DNA of 63,034 nucleotides, filler included, from Octopus bimaculoides (Eukaryota), in NCBI RefSeq assembly GCF_001194135.2. It is 8 parts of 6 records of this genome, joined end to end, with 100 filler letters (N's around TTAATTAATTAA, not from the genome) between each part and the next. Parts side by side here need not be neighbours in the genome. Positions count along the whole stretch, not along the records: positions 1 to 25,035 come from NC_068981.1; positions 25,136 to 27,504 come from NC_068988.1; 6 more parts are not named here. One strand, 5' to 3'. The translations under genes were made by a program, and so were the position numbers. Below are positions 12,568 to 26,172 of the stretch, in pieces (the first letter of the stretch is position 1; each line of letters begins with the position of its first letter). The notes under the pieces are model-generated. The model saw only the letters and a program-made list of their open reading frames with translations, was not told the DNA's origin and searched no databases.

Positions 12568-12617
12568 CTCAATGCTAATCTATGTTGATTTATCTATCAA
12601 CATAGATTAGCATTGAG
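12568..12617. repeat. Perfect 22-bp inverted repeat with 6-nt loop
   Basis: ctcaatgctaatctatgttgat-ttatct-atcaacatagattagcattgag. Confidence 0.95.
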
Positions 12618-13193
12618 CCCTAGTGCTTATCTATCCTATGTAGATACATGATCGATCGATAGATAAATAAATGTACTTACGTCGGGTCAGTAGACGTATA
12701 CCCAAGTGTGCCTTTTAGATTGCACGAGTAAGTGAGGTAGGAAAAGAGAAAGATATTAAATGAGAGTTTGGGCTGTTATTTCTAGTAAGACAAGAAACTA
12801 TGCAGGTATCTTTCTAACACAGATACAATGCGATTCATTTTAAGAGACATCTTATTCAGAAAATAGAGATCTCTAATAAATGAATAGCAATTATGTTATC
12901 GACCTGAGCCCTTAGATATGATAGACTAAGTTGACTTGGGTAGGATTTGAACTTGAAGTGATGTAAATGGTTTAGTAAGAAGCGTTGTTTACGACTCAGT
13001 TTTACCGATATACCTTAAAATGGTGTTTATTGATTATTTTGTGGCATAGGCACAAGGTCAGTTATTCAGATAAACTATTGATCTCGATGGAAGTGCGAGT
13101 GAGGGGAACAAGAAATACGGAGTGATAGATAGGTAGGTAGATAGATGGCCACATCAGTGGATGAAATATAGACAGACGAAGATATATATATAT

Positions 13194-13256
<63 letters not shown>

Positions 13257-13289
13257 CACTTAGATATGTGGTTGTATAGGAATATAGAT

Positions 13290-13970
13290 AGATGAATAGA
13301 AACAGGAAAAGAGAAATTGAAAAGAAAGAATGATACTGGAAAATTAAAGTAATAATGGAGAGAGATTGGAAATGGAATAAGAGGAAAATAGGGAAGGAAA
13401 GAAACGTTAATAGAAATATAAAGCGAAAAAACCCCCCAGAAAAAAACAGTAACAAGTAAATAAATGTTACAAGAAGAGAATGTTAATGACCGTAGTGTGA
13501 TGGTAACTAAAAGAATGAAGGTAAATGTGATGGCGGCAGTAGTGGTTGAGGAAATGTTTGGCAGTGGTGTTGGGAGTGCTTGTGCTGGTGGTGGTAGAGG
13601 TGATACCAACGGGGGATATGTTGTTATTGTAGCCATGGGGTGGTTAGTGGTAGTGATGAAAGGTTTAGCAGTATAGATTTAGATGGAGCTGGTAAAAGTA
13701 ATGATGAGAGGGGTGTGTTAATAGTATAGGTTATAGTGATGTTGCTTGAGGTGGCAATTTTGCTTGAGGTACTTTTGGTAGGAGCTGTGTTAATGGTAGA
13801 GATTGAGTTAGTAGATGTGATAGGGGTGGTAGTGTCAGTGGTGGTTTTATTGTTGGTGGTAATCGTAGAAGCAGTAACGATGGTACAGCCAATGATGATA
13901 GCGTTGTTTATTAATAGTATTGGCGGTAATAGTGAAGATAGAGTTCATGGTGGATGGTATAATAGACTGT
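13290..13970 (+). repeat. Degenerate GA-rich and (GGT/GTA)-type low-complexity tract
   Basis: Decayed trinucleotide repeats. The ORFs here are V/T/P-rich artefacts. Confidence 0.7.
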
Positions 13971-14019
13971 AGTAAAATCAGTGATGGTCTAATGAAAAGC
14001 TTAAAACGAAGGCACCTGC

Positions 14020-14225
14020 TATTGTCACAAGGTCTGAACTTTTAAGCAAGGGAGCGATTCGATTACTTTGACTCCAGTGGGCAACTGGTACTTATTTTAC
14101 CAACCTCCAAGTGATAAAAGTCAAACTCGACCTCGGTGGAATCCTAACTCAGAACGTAAAGACAAACGAAATGCTGCTAGGCGTTTTTCCCGGCATACTA
14201 ACGATTTTTCCCTGTCATCACCTTA
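14020..14225 (-). mobile_element. Meta/MESC-like SINE
   Basis: ctggtacttattttaccaacc...aaactcgacctcggtggaatcctaactcagaacgtaaagac. Confidence 0.75.
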
Positions 14226-14257
14226 AATGAAGGCAACGAGACAGAACAGATGAAAGT

Positions 14258-14390
14258 AGGCGCAAGAATTGTTGTGTGGGTCACGAAGTTCTCATTGCAA
14301 ACACGTGGTTTTTGGTTCAGTTCCACTACACAACATGTCACGTCGGGCAAGTATCTTCTACTGTAGCCAAGAGCAGACCAATACCTTGGA
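14258..14390 (+). mobile_element. CORE-like SINE head (decayed)
   Basis: taggcgcaag...gtgtggg...ggttcagttccact...gggcaagtatcttctactgtagcc. Confidence 0.65.
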
Positions 14391-14428
14391 AAAGAATTTT
14401 AAATATAGGAACTGTGTTTGAAAGTCCA

Positions 14429-14463
<35 letters not shown>

Positions 14464-14825
14464 NNNNNNNNNNNNNNNNNNNNNNNNNNNNNNNNNNNNN
14501 NNNNNNNNNNNNNNNNNNNNNNNNNNNNNNNNNNNNNNNNNNNNNNNNNNNNNNNNNNNNNNNNNNNNNNNNNNNNNNNNNNNNNNNNNNNNNNNNNNNN
14601 NNNNNNNNNNNNNNNNNNNNNNNNNNNNNNNNNNNNNNNNNNNNNNNNNNNNNNNNNNNNNNNNNNNNNNNNNNNNNNNNNNNNNNNNNNNNNNNNNNNN
14701 NNNNNNNNNNNNNNNNNNNNNNNNNNNNNNNNNNNNNNNNNNNNNNNNNNNNNNNNNNNNNNNNNNNNNNNNNNNNNNNNNNNNNNNNNNNNNNNNNNNN
14801 NNNNNNNNNNNNNNNNNNNNNNNNN

Positions 14826-15561
14826 GCTACAACTGAAGATACTTCAGCTATAAGCATCGGTAATTTGGGGGCGGGGGTCATTATTTGATAAATAAAAGGT
14901 ATAGCTATCATTTATTGAAGGGAGAATTCACTACGTAAAGTTTTCGCTCTGGAGTCTGTGTTCTATAGAGAGTGTTATTCTTGTATTAAAGCAGTGGGTT
15001 GCCAAACTTTATCGAACTGTCGCCCCCTTGATATTCAGGCCACATTCCTAACAACCTTCACAAACATAGACCTCTTTCTGAAGCAAATTCAAAGCAACTG
15101 TATTTCACAAATAAAACTTGTAAGGTTTCATCAGGACGCACCAAACTGTTGTTGAAGGAATCTGGGTTTCCAGACTTGTTCTTCTTATGGACTTCTTGGG
15201 GCTTCGCAAGAGGTTTTGTCGAACCCGCTCGACCGTCTCTTCTGAAGTTAGTGGTCGTCGAGACCCTTTTGCCCTGCACAGACAGCCTTCCTCTTTGAAA
15301 TGTTTGTGCCATGTCCAAATCTGCATTACCGTTGGTGACTTTTTAGAGAACTCTCTCACAAATACATGCTGCTCAGTCTTGTTTGACTGTGTTCGAGCAA
15401 ACTCCAACACACAAAATACCTTTTATCTTCCAGTGAATGCTATTTCTATACCTGAAAAGATAAACTTATCAAACATTAAACCTATAATTTGAAGTCATTT
15501 GAACAAGGACTGGCAAAGTTATTAGATTGTGAAATGATATTATTTTTTTTGGAAAACCCTG
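14826..15561 (-). mobile_element. Tc1/mariner-superfamily transposon remnant: 5' TIR, N-terminal HTH region and decayed DDE start
   Basis: The end reads TA|CAGGGTTTTCC on the minus strand (15551-15563). ORF 15105-15410 (LEFARTQS...WHKHFKEEGCLCRAKGSRRP..SEETVERVRQNLLRSPKKSIRRTSLETQIPSTTVW) is a typical mariner N-terminus. Broken ENPH/DSP/QxDGAPPH-like remnants follow downstream. Confidence 0.85.
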
Positions 15562-15599
15562 TAAAATTATAGTATCAAAGGTCGATCCGAAAACGTAGG

Positions 15600-15805
15600 C
15601 ATACAAGGGCGCTTTCCCGCATTCTGTGACATATATTTTCCCCGACCACTACCATGGACGGGACGCTGGTCCACCGCAGGAGTACTCGTGAGTAAACTGG
15701 GGTAACGTAAAATGAAATATTTTGCTCTCGCCCGGTCGAGAAATCGAAACCTCAGTATTACGATCATGAGTGCAACACCCAGGCCGCTAAGCCACATGCA
15801 CCCAA
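15600..15805 (-). mobile_element. tRNA-derived SINE (V-like family), decayed
   Basis: The minus strand reads gcatgtggcttagcgg...gtgttgcactcatgatcg...gtttcgatt...ccagcgtcccgtcc. Confidence 0.55.
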
Positions 15806-16319
15806 AATGCTGTAGTCTAGTATGGCATAGTGAAAGGCCGAATAATTTAACAGCCGTAAAATTTCGAGTTCGATCTCACAGTATGGTACTTTGAACAAAT
15901 GTCCTTCACTTTGGATTCAGGTTGACTCAATCATCCTTCTGAGTGGCACTGGGTACAAGGAAAGCACGTGGAATGTCGTCAGACGGATTTTGCATGGAAA
16001 AGTTTCAACCAATGCGTGATTCTGTGTCACGCTTTTCTCGTTAGATAATTACGTTACGGGTATGCATATGTGTGGAATACTGAGCTATTTACACGCTAAT
16101 TCATTAAACCTGTAATTCGGTTGGTCAAACAGCCGGCTTCCTCATCGGAGAAAGGGACGGAGATCCAATTTTTTTAAAGGAATGGCATCATGATAGCATT
16201 GTATCATAATGTATAGTACAGTATTTGATAGTATGTAACTTATAACTTAATATGTACGGCGCGTTATAGCTTAATATCATAGTTTATGTGTAATATGACA
16301 GACGATAAGTACAGGGACC

Positions 16320-16765
16320 AGCAACTTACTTGGGCAAGTTTCTTCTATAGCCCCAGGCCGACCAATGCCTAGTGACTGAATTTGGTAGACAAGCTATGCA
16401 GAAACGCGTCGCCTCTCACTCTCACTCTCTCTCTCTTTCTTTCTTTCTTTCTCTCTCTCTCTCTCTCTTTCTTTCTCCCTCTCTATCTCTCTTTCCACAC
16501 GTACACACAGATAGATAGAGTGAGAGAGAAACAGACATTATGATCGGTGTGTGTGTTTTGTGCTTGCGCCACCCACTGCTCGAGATTGGCATTGGTTTGT
16601 TTACGTACCGTAACTTTGCAGTTTGGGAAAAAGAGCCGACACAATCTGTAACAGCGATTTTTTTTTTCTTTTTAATAAGTTCTGAGGTTGATTTGTTCAA
16701 TTAAACCCTTGAAGGCAGTGCCCCAGCATGGCCATAATCACCTCACTGAAACAAAAGATAAAAGC
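16320..16765 (+). mobile_element. CORE-like SINE with internal microsatellite and 3' body
   Basis: ttgggcaagtttcttctatagccccaggccgacc...(CT)n...gtttacgtaccgtaact...aggcagtgccccagcatggcc...tgaaacaaaagataaaag. Confidence 0.7.
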
Positions 16766-18441
16766 AATGCCCATGGTCCGCATATTTATTAGATCATATC
16801 ATTTCCTACTTAGATTGACAACACACCGTTCATTTCCATCACTGGTAATATTTACGTAAGCAAAAATTAAAGAAATTGTGACACAAAACTCTATCTAAAA
16901 GTTATCAACGACTCTATGCTACTCCTCACGATATAAGTTTCTTATGTCTGAGCCTCATGAAGAACATCTCAGTAATCTATTCGTGACCAATGTTATGAAC
17001 ACTGTAATATTCTTTACTGCACTCGTCATACCATATGGTATAGTATGCTACAATATTTGTTAATATATTACAACGTGTGTATATAGCACGCTAAGGTATT
17101 TTGTCGTGAAGCATATCACAATACAACAGTCTTAAAAGTGCATACTGTTAGACAAATAGCGTGGTTCTATGTAACGCGTTTATGCAAATATCACAGTGTA
17201 TTTATAATACTGTGACAGAGATGTGTTTTTATATAGTATTTTGCAGTAAAGTAATAAATTGATTACATCTATAGTATAACGTATAATATAATACGTTTAA
17301 TATGGGATAAAAGCAATATAATAACATTATAAATCACCCATACTATAGTATAATATAGACAAATTATTTTCATATTAGCTTAGTGAGATGTATGTACAAA
17401 GGAGCAATAACACAGTAAATTAGTGGAATATGACAATGGATACGATATTATTATAGTAAATATTTAGAAGAAAATAATAGACTGGCATCCCTGTACTATA
17501 GATGCAACATATTATTGCAAAAGCTAAATAATGAATAGTTTATGTTCATAGTTATATGCACAATATGGCTGGATGGTTATGAAGTTCCTTTCGCAAACAC
17601 GCGGATCGGGTTCGATTCTGCTGTTTAGCGTCGTGAGTAAATGTCATCTTCAATAGCTACATGTTGACCCATAACTTGCAGGTGAAACAAAATCGGCAAA
17701 AACAATATAGAAGCTTGTCGGGTGGATTGTACCCATAATTCAAAAGGTTCAACCTGAAAAGTACGCTCAGGCTACAGAATGCTCACCGCCGACAAATTAC
17801 TCAGGTGCAGACAAATGTAGTTGATTTGACAACTGAATGATCGTCGTCGAGCGACCGAGATCCACCACCGCCCTAGGACATGTTGTTATGAAATTATAAT
17901 ATGATGCCGGTTTATAAAACATGCCCAAAATATNNNNNNNNNNNNNNNNNNNNNNNNNNNNNNNNNNNNNNNNNNNNNNNNNNNNNNNNNNNNNNNNNNN
18001 NNNNNNNNNNNNNNNNNNNNNNNNNNNNNNNNNNNNNNNNNNNNNNNNNNNNNNNNNNNNNNNNNNNNNNNNNNNNNNNNNNNNNNNNNNNNNNNNNNNN
18101 NNNNNNNNNNNNNNNNNNNNNNNNNNNNNNNNNNNNNNNNNNNNNNNNNNNNNNNNNNNNNNNNNNNNNNNNNNNNNNNNNNNNNNNNNNNNNNNNNNNN
18201 NNNNNNNNNNNNNNNNNNNNNNNNNNNNNNNNNNNNNNNNNNNNNNNNNNNNNNNNNNNNNNNNNNNNNNNNNNNNNNNNNNNNNNNNNNNNNNNNNNNN
18301 NNNNNNNNNNNNNNNNNNNNNNNNNNNNNNNNNNNNNNNNNNNNNNNNNNNNNNNNNNNNNNNNNNNNNNNNNNNNNNNNNNNNNNNNNNNNNNNNNNNN
18401 NNNNNNACCTAATTTAATTAATTATATATATATTTATATAT

Positions 18442-18487
<46 letters not shown>

Positions 18488-21362
18488 AAGGTAAAACAAC
18501 AAAAGAAAGAAAGAGCCCTCGATAAAGATATATATATATATATATATATATGGATATATACATAGTGTTAGTTGCATCTATTGTTCTTGATATTCTGTAT
18601 TCTTAATCAGCTTTGTTGAACCAGACCTATCATGAAAGGCATACCTGCCGTGGTAATTATATCGAAACACTTTAAGTATATATAGTATATCTAAGATGAC
18701 ATAATGCTACGAACCATTTTCATCACGGTTTGATATGATTGAGGAGTGATTTGGCTGCTATTTCTAGCATGTTAATGAACCACATAAGATTTCGCAAAAT
18801 CATGTGGAATGATATGCTATATTATGCTGTAATGTTACTCTTTTCAATTTATTTCTGTGCAATCATGGATATATATCGATGTATAAATGCGTATGCGTCG
18901 ATATCAGTGTATACGTATACATATATGCGAATATGTGTGTGTGTGCATACCGTTTGTATGTATGTAAGCATATATTTACAATTACGTACATAAAACTACA
19001 TATATGTACATATCGAACATGTGCATATGCACTTGCCTTTGTATGTGTTCACACACACGCACACACATTGAAGCTCCGCTGAAGTAATAGCGTAATATAC
19101 CAGCATTCAACCCTGACTGCATTACATCCTATAGCGGAAACAGCTGCAAGCTGACGAATTTCAAGCCATAATTTCTTATTCTCTAGTCATTTATTTAATT
19201 TCATATATATATATATATATATTTCATANNNNNNNNNNNNNNNNNNNNNNNNNNNNNNNNNNNNNNNNNNNNNNNNNNNNNNNNNNNNNNNNNNNNNNNN
19301 NNNNNNNNNNNNNNNNNNNNNNNNNNNNNNNNNNNNNNNNNNNNNNNNNNNNNNNNNNNNNNNNNNNNNNNNNNNNNNNNNNNNNNNNNNNNNNNNNNNN
19401 NNNNNNNNNNNNNNNNNNNNNNNNNNNNNNNNNNNNNNNNNNNNNNNNNNNNNNNNNNNNNNNNNNNNNNNNNNNNNNNNNNNNNNNNNNNNNNNNNNNN
19501 NNNNNNNNNNNNNNNNNNNNNNNNNNNNNNNNNNNNNNNNNNNNNNNNNNNNNNNNNNNNNNNNNNNNNNNNNNNNNNNNNNNNNNNNNNNNNNNNNNNN
19601 NNNNNNNNNNNNNNNNNNNNNNNNNNNNNNNNNNNNNNNNNNNNNNNNNNNNNNNNNNNNNNNNNNNNNNNNNNNNNNNNNNNNNNNNNNNNNNNNNNNN
19701 NNNNNNNNNNNNNNNNNNNNNNNNNNNNNNNNNNNNNNNNNNNNNNNNNNNNNNNNNNNNNNNNNNNNNNNNNNNNNNNNNNNNNNNNNNNNNNNNNNNN
19801 NNNNNNNNNNNNNNNNNNNNNNNNNNNNNNNNNNNNNNNNNNNNNNNNNNNNNNNNNNNNNNNNNNNNNNNNNNNNNNNNNNNNNNNNNNNNNNNNNNNN
19901 NNNNNNNNNNNNNNNNTATATGTGTATATATTTGGCTGGATGCAGATACAAATGTGTACATAAGAATGTGAGCATGTGTCTGTGTGAATGTATGCATGTA
20001 CGTGTGTATGTCAGAATAAAACTTCGTTATATACACTGAGATAGCGTAGTGGAATATACAGCGTAGTTTGAAGATGATCATGGAGAAACGAGAATAACCA
20101 ACAAAACAACACGCCAGCGAGCATTTTCTGACTGACTGGCTCACTGGTAACTATCTGGGTTCCAGGGTAGCCGGGTGTTTGGGTGTTGTATAAACTCTCT
20201 TACTGGCTTGCTTGCTGGTTGCATGGTGTATGAGACAGGGTGATGCTGAGGCTGGAGGAAGTAAATCAAAAGAATAGGGGAAGATGAAAAAAGAAAATAG
20301 AAAAAGAAAAGAAAATGCTGATAAATAAAGGCTAAAGCGTGCAGTGTTTTTTGGCAGGTTGGTCTGTATGATGTGTTGGTTTGTTGGTTAGCTGGTTGGA
20401 TGGATGGCTTGTTGGCTGGCTGGCTGGTAGGTAGTAGGGTCGGTTAGCTGGCTGACTGGCTGGTGTGTTTGTTGGTCGGTGAAGTTCGTCTGTTCGTTCG
20501 TTCGTTGGCTGGCTGGCTCACGTGGTGCTTGGCTGGCTGATGATTGTTGGCTGTCAGCCTGCCTGCCTGCCCNNNNNNNNNNNTATGTATGTATGTATGT
20601 GCATATCTATATTTATACATAGCTGACGTATAAATTTTATATTTTTAATATAATTCATAATCATTGTTGTTATTTTTCAGTTTACGTTTGAGTACAAATA
20701 GAATAGAATTTGAGTTAAAAATTTGTATATACTTATATAGCAAAGTTAACATTATCAAAGTTTAAATTGAAAATCAATCTGTAGACGGAGGCAAAAAAAA
20801 AAAACAAAAAAAACAACAACAAAAAGCAGAGAAGGGGGAATACAACTTCCTCGCCACAAACCAAAAACATAAAAGAAAAAGAAGAAAAAAATATTAACAA
20901 CAACAACAACAACACATAAACAACCAACAACAAAAGTAAACACAAAAAGAAAATAATATGCTGTGTGATGTATGAATTAGCTGTGATCATGTACCACCAT
21001 CGGAGTTACGAGCGCGCATTTTAAGCAGCAAAAAAATTATCATATATATATATATATATATATGCTTATATATACATATATGTTTGTGTATATGTATGTA
21101 AAAAGTTTTTTCTGAAAAAAAAAAAATATATATTATAAACACCCACCTTGGATAGATGGATGTACCTAATGTTAATGCTGATGTTATTCATTGGAGAACA
21201 CTGGAGCCGTTTAGTAAAAGAGCAAGTCCATTCACGAACCCATAGTACATAGAGCTAATCAGGTAGGTTGTGTAGTACATGTATGTATGTATGTACGTAT
21301 GTATTGTATTTGTATGTGTGTATGTATGTATGTATATATATATATATTTGTCTGTGTGTATG

Positions 21363-21426
<64 letters not shown>

Positions 21427-21638
21427 TGTGTGTATCTATCTATCTATCTATCTATATATATATATATTTATCATTTATTTATTTGTGTATGTATATATGA
21501 TTTTATATCTGTATATCTGTGTGTTCCCATGCATGTGCGTATGTGCTTGGATGCGCCTGCGTTTATGTATGAATGTATATAGATGAGTATATGTTTGTAT
21601 CTAGAAATATGTTTATATGTGCTTGTATATAGTGTATA

Positions 21639-21679
<41 letters not shown>

Positions 21680-21889
21680 TATTTGTGTGTATGTGTGTGT
21701 GTGTGCGCGCTGTTAATGGATGCAACTGACTGTAGTATGTAAATATATATATAGACATAAAAAGAAAACGATAGGGAAAAAAGTGTGTGTGTGTGTGTTT
21801 ACTTGTTAAGCTGTGCTTCAAATATAAGTTTATAATGTTTATATATGGTTATGTGTTCTATGATATGTGTGTGTATGAGATTTTTTAAA

Positions 21890-22200
21890 ATGTTAGAGTA
21901 TAGAAATAGATACGAAAATAGAGAGGATTTTCACAAGTAGTCAAGAAATTGAGAAAGTAAGGGTGAAATAGGAAGATGTTAAGGATACGGAGAAGAAAAC
22001 ACAGGGGAACAAAAAAATTTGGGGAGATAGCAAAAGAGATAAAGAGAGATATGTATGAGTGAAAGACAAAAGTAGAGATTGATGGAGAGAAATGGTAAAA
22101 GATACGGAACAAAGATGCGGCGAAGTTGACAAAGTGGTGGGGTTCAAGAAGCGTGAGAGATGCAAGATTCAGGGAGGTTATTATATGTTATAAAGAAAGG
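21890..22200 (+). repeat. Degenerate GA-rich tract
   Basis: A/G-dominated low complexity. Confidence 0.7.
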
Positions 22201-22605
22201 GGTGTGTGTGAATGGGAATCTAAATATCTATCCCTGAAATCGCATTCAACAACAGAGCCAACAGGAGGAACTTATACGTAGTCGCTCTGTTTACTAGAGA
22301 TAACAGCCAAATCAGTTTCGAAACGCGACCTTCTGTCAATAGGAATAGGAAAAAACAAATGTATCAGTGCAGAGTTATACACAAAAAGCTGAGGTGGTCA
22401 CGTTTGGAGCGCCTGTCATGATAGATATCTTTGATTAAAAGTGGACAAGGGTCTATTCCACAGCTATCATACTTCAAGAAGTGATGAAAGTAAGAAATAT
22501 TTAGTTAGAAAAATACAAAACATTTCTCAAATTATTTTGTTTCGTCTCACTCAGACACGAATACACACACACAGATACGTTTCTGTGTGTATAAAATACA
22601 TCCAT

Positions 22606-22655
<50 letters not shown>

Positions 22656-22804
22656 CCGCGCCTGTGTAAATACGGGACACTATATATGCTCATTTATATA
22701 TCCAACACTAACAACATGTGCTAGAGCCATTTATACATATACATACATGCAGACATACATACATACATAATTTCATATTTGGATATAAACCCTGTTATAT
22801 GCTG

Positions 22805-22845
<41 letters not shown>

Positions 22846-23224
22846 ACACTTACTTACATACACGCCTATGTGTGTGTGTGCAACATAGAATCTTAGAGAC
22901 AGTGAAAATGAACATGTGCATTTTAGAGGGCATTTGCAAGTGTTTATCCAAATTCTCGTGTTCTGTTGATGTGCCTTTATACATATATACTTATTTACAC
23001 ACACACACACGTGTGTCTGTGTGTGTGTGTGTGTGTGCGCGCGGGCGTGTGTGTGTGTTTGTGTGTGTGTGTGTTTGTGTGCTACATAATACCTACATAT
23101 TAAACATTACCCCCTCGAAGCACTATTAGGCGTTCGATAAGGAGCAAAACGAATAAGTTAATACAATGACGATACATCATAAAAACACATCAACTAGATA
23201 CCAATTATTTCACGGGTGATCATA

Positions 23225-23271
<47 letters not shown>

Positions 23272-23308
23272 GCACACGCGCGCACAGAGAAACATTTATA
23301 CCTGCACG

Positions 23309-23352
<44 letters not shown>

Positions 23353-24191
23353 GTTTGTGTGTGTGTACACGTATAAACATCTATATGATTACATATATGT
23401 ACGTATATCTATCTATATGTATGTATATGTGTGTTTGTATGCATGTATGTTTACTTATGTTTATGTATATACCACACACACACACTTACACTCATAAATC
23501 TGATATAGGTACAGAAATTTGTGAGTCCGATATATGTGTGCTGCGAAACTATACAGTTAGGAAGATGTTCGTAGTAATGGTTACGAGAATTGCTATAACA
23601 TGCACGAAAGAAAAGAAAGTGAACTCGCTCTGCAGGTAGAGTAAATAATTAACTATGGTGGTATAATTGCAGCTTATAACATATTGTTACTCTGAGTTTG
23701 ATATTGTTTAATTAGGAATTTTGCGACGGATTTTGCTGATAGAACAAGACTTCTTCAATTTGTTTAATACATTGTTTCTTTGCTAAAATACATACACACA
23801 CACTTTGAGGCCCACGCTAGTTATATGTGAACAGAAAAAGACACACGCCTATATAAAGATACACACACAAATAGATGTTGAATCATATATATATAATCCT
23901 AATGTATGTATAATCTGTATGCATGTATAGCTCTCTGTATATCTGTAATATATTTATAAACATGTAGATTGCGAAACACATACATAACAATAAATCTTTA
24001 TATGGAAAAGATTCATCGTACATACTCTCTGGGCCCAATCTAGCTCGAACTTTTAAGGGTTTCGAAAACTTCATCCTTACTCCCGAACAGACACAGGCAT
24101 GTATATGCATCTATTCATTCACACGCACACACACACAAACACAGACACACACACAGACACGCACACACATATATACACACACACACACATA

Positions 24192-24244
<53 letters not shown>

Positions 24245-24995
24245 ACATTATTATATCCGGGTGTATGTTTAGTAACAAGTGAGTGAGTACTTCTGAGATT
24301 GAGCTTATTCGCATGTGCACATGAGTACGTGTGTATTATTACTGGATAGAGAATGGGTGAATGACTGATAAATTCGTTTAGCTTTCACAAGCGCCCGTGT
24401 TCGATACCAATACATGGCATTTTGATCGAATCTTTTTTATTCTATGCTCTCAGATTAACCCAAGCACCCCGAGTGAAATCGCGTGGACGGATACTGCAGA
24501 AGCCTGTGCAATGACTTGTAGTCGTAATTTAAAAAGACCAACCTTGTCATATTGCATCACGATAACTTAGCCTGAAAACTATATTAAGGGGACATATGTC
24601 TTGGAATGTTCAGTCACTTACATGCTAATTCTATATACAGGTAGTTTAGTTTATTGAACAGCTGAATGCTCATTGTCGAAATCAGTGGTGATCTATTCAT
24701 TATAGATCTATGTAGCAAACGTGTGCGCGTGTGATTTTGTGTGTATATGTATATTTCTGTATGTGTGTGTATATGCATGCATGTACAAATGGCCTAAATA
24801 TACGCTCACATATGTATGTATGTACTTATATATATACATATGTATGCATGAACATCTATACACATACACATGCATGAATAGGAGCTCATACATACATCGA
24901 CCCCCCCACATTTACGGTTTACCCTGTCTCTTTGTCTGTCTGTCTGTCTCTTTCTATACATATATATATATAAAGAGAGAGAGAGGAGGGAGAGA

Positions 24996-25035
<40 letters not shown>

Positions 25036-25267
25036 NNNNNNNNNNNNNNNNNNNNNNNNNNNNNNNNNNNNNNNNNNNNTTAATTAATTAANNNNNNNNN
25101 NNNNNNNNNNNNNNNNNNNNNNNNNNNNNNNNNNNATATATATATATATATATATATATATATAACACTAACCGGATCTATTCCTTGTGTAGTGTGATTC
25201 TCCGTCTCTGTCTTGTCCATTATATAGTTATGTACACAACCTGAATAAGTTATAACATAAATTAGAT

Positions 25268-26133
25268 TTTCGCTTGGCTGACCGGTTCACAGAACACCTC
25301 CGAGACATCCGACTCGGCAACGAAACTCCCGGTCACTCTTTACAACACCTGTCTGTATTCGGAGTGTCCTTGCACAGGGGCCATCCGGATTCCCGTCTTC
25401 GCCGTGAGCAGGGATTAATTTTCTCTCTTCGCTCCTTTGCGCCACATGGGCTCAACACTCCTCCCCTCTTCATCTAACCCTCCTCCTCTCTCCTCTTTTC
25501 CTCTCAGACCTACTTCCTCCCACCCACCTCTCCTTTCTTGCTCTGACATATACTTCCTCCCTTCACTCCTNNNNNNNNNNCACACCACACACCACCACAC
25601 CACACACCACCACACCACACACCACCACACCACACCACCACACAACACGCCAATACACAACCACACCACACACCATCATACCACCATACCACACCACATC
25701 ACACCACCCCGAACACAGCACTTCCCAGCACCCACACCAGTACACAAACTAGCACTGACCACTTTCAGCACCCACACCATCATCCAAACACCTACACATG
25801 CACTCACGCACACGTCAATATCACCAGCCCCCTTCCACACGCACATACACGCTCACACATACACACACACACGCGCACCTTCGTTTTGGGATCGTTTTTA
25901 TTATCTCCGCTACTATATTATATCCTCTTCTTCCTCGCTCTCCTGTGTGACAGATCGCTAGCCACTATACCTTTTTTTTATTTTCTCTCTGTTTCCGTAT
26001 TTCTTTCTGTCGAAGAGCATAGGCTCGAAACGCAAAAGACTTTCTCATTTCCCAAGCGTTAAACTAATACATCTGTTTGTTGTTTACACACCCATCTTCG
26101 TCTTTTGTCTTTTTTGTAAATTCTCACTATACA

Positions 26134-26135
<2 letters not shown>
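25268..26135 (+). mobile_element. Penelope-like retroelement 3' part: GIY-YIG endonuclease C-terminus and pLTR-like tail
   Basis: RLADRFTEHLRDIRLGNETPGHSLQHLSVFGVSLHRGHPDSRLRREQGLIFSLRSFAPHGLNTPPLFI* matches the PLE GIY-YIG end (RFxEH...R...E..LI..L....P.GLN). It is followed by (CACCA)n and a gaagag...ctcgaaacg tail. A tail fragment also occurs at about 768-812. Confidence 0.8.
25572..25720 (+). repeat. (CACCA)n pentanucleotide microsatellite inside the PLE
   Basis: Direct reading. Confidence 0.85.

Positions 26136-26172
<37 letters not shown>

Noticed and set aside
23560-23634. Possible 75-nt exon EDVRSNGYENCYNMHERKESELALQ
   Set aside because: Weak acceptor, no partner exons and no homology.
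25080-25091. TTAATTAATTAA repeated seven times in gaps, a possible regulatory or array motif
   Set aside because: It is an artificial six-frame-stop linker always embedded in Ns, not biological sequence.
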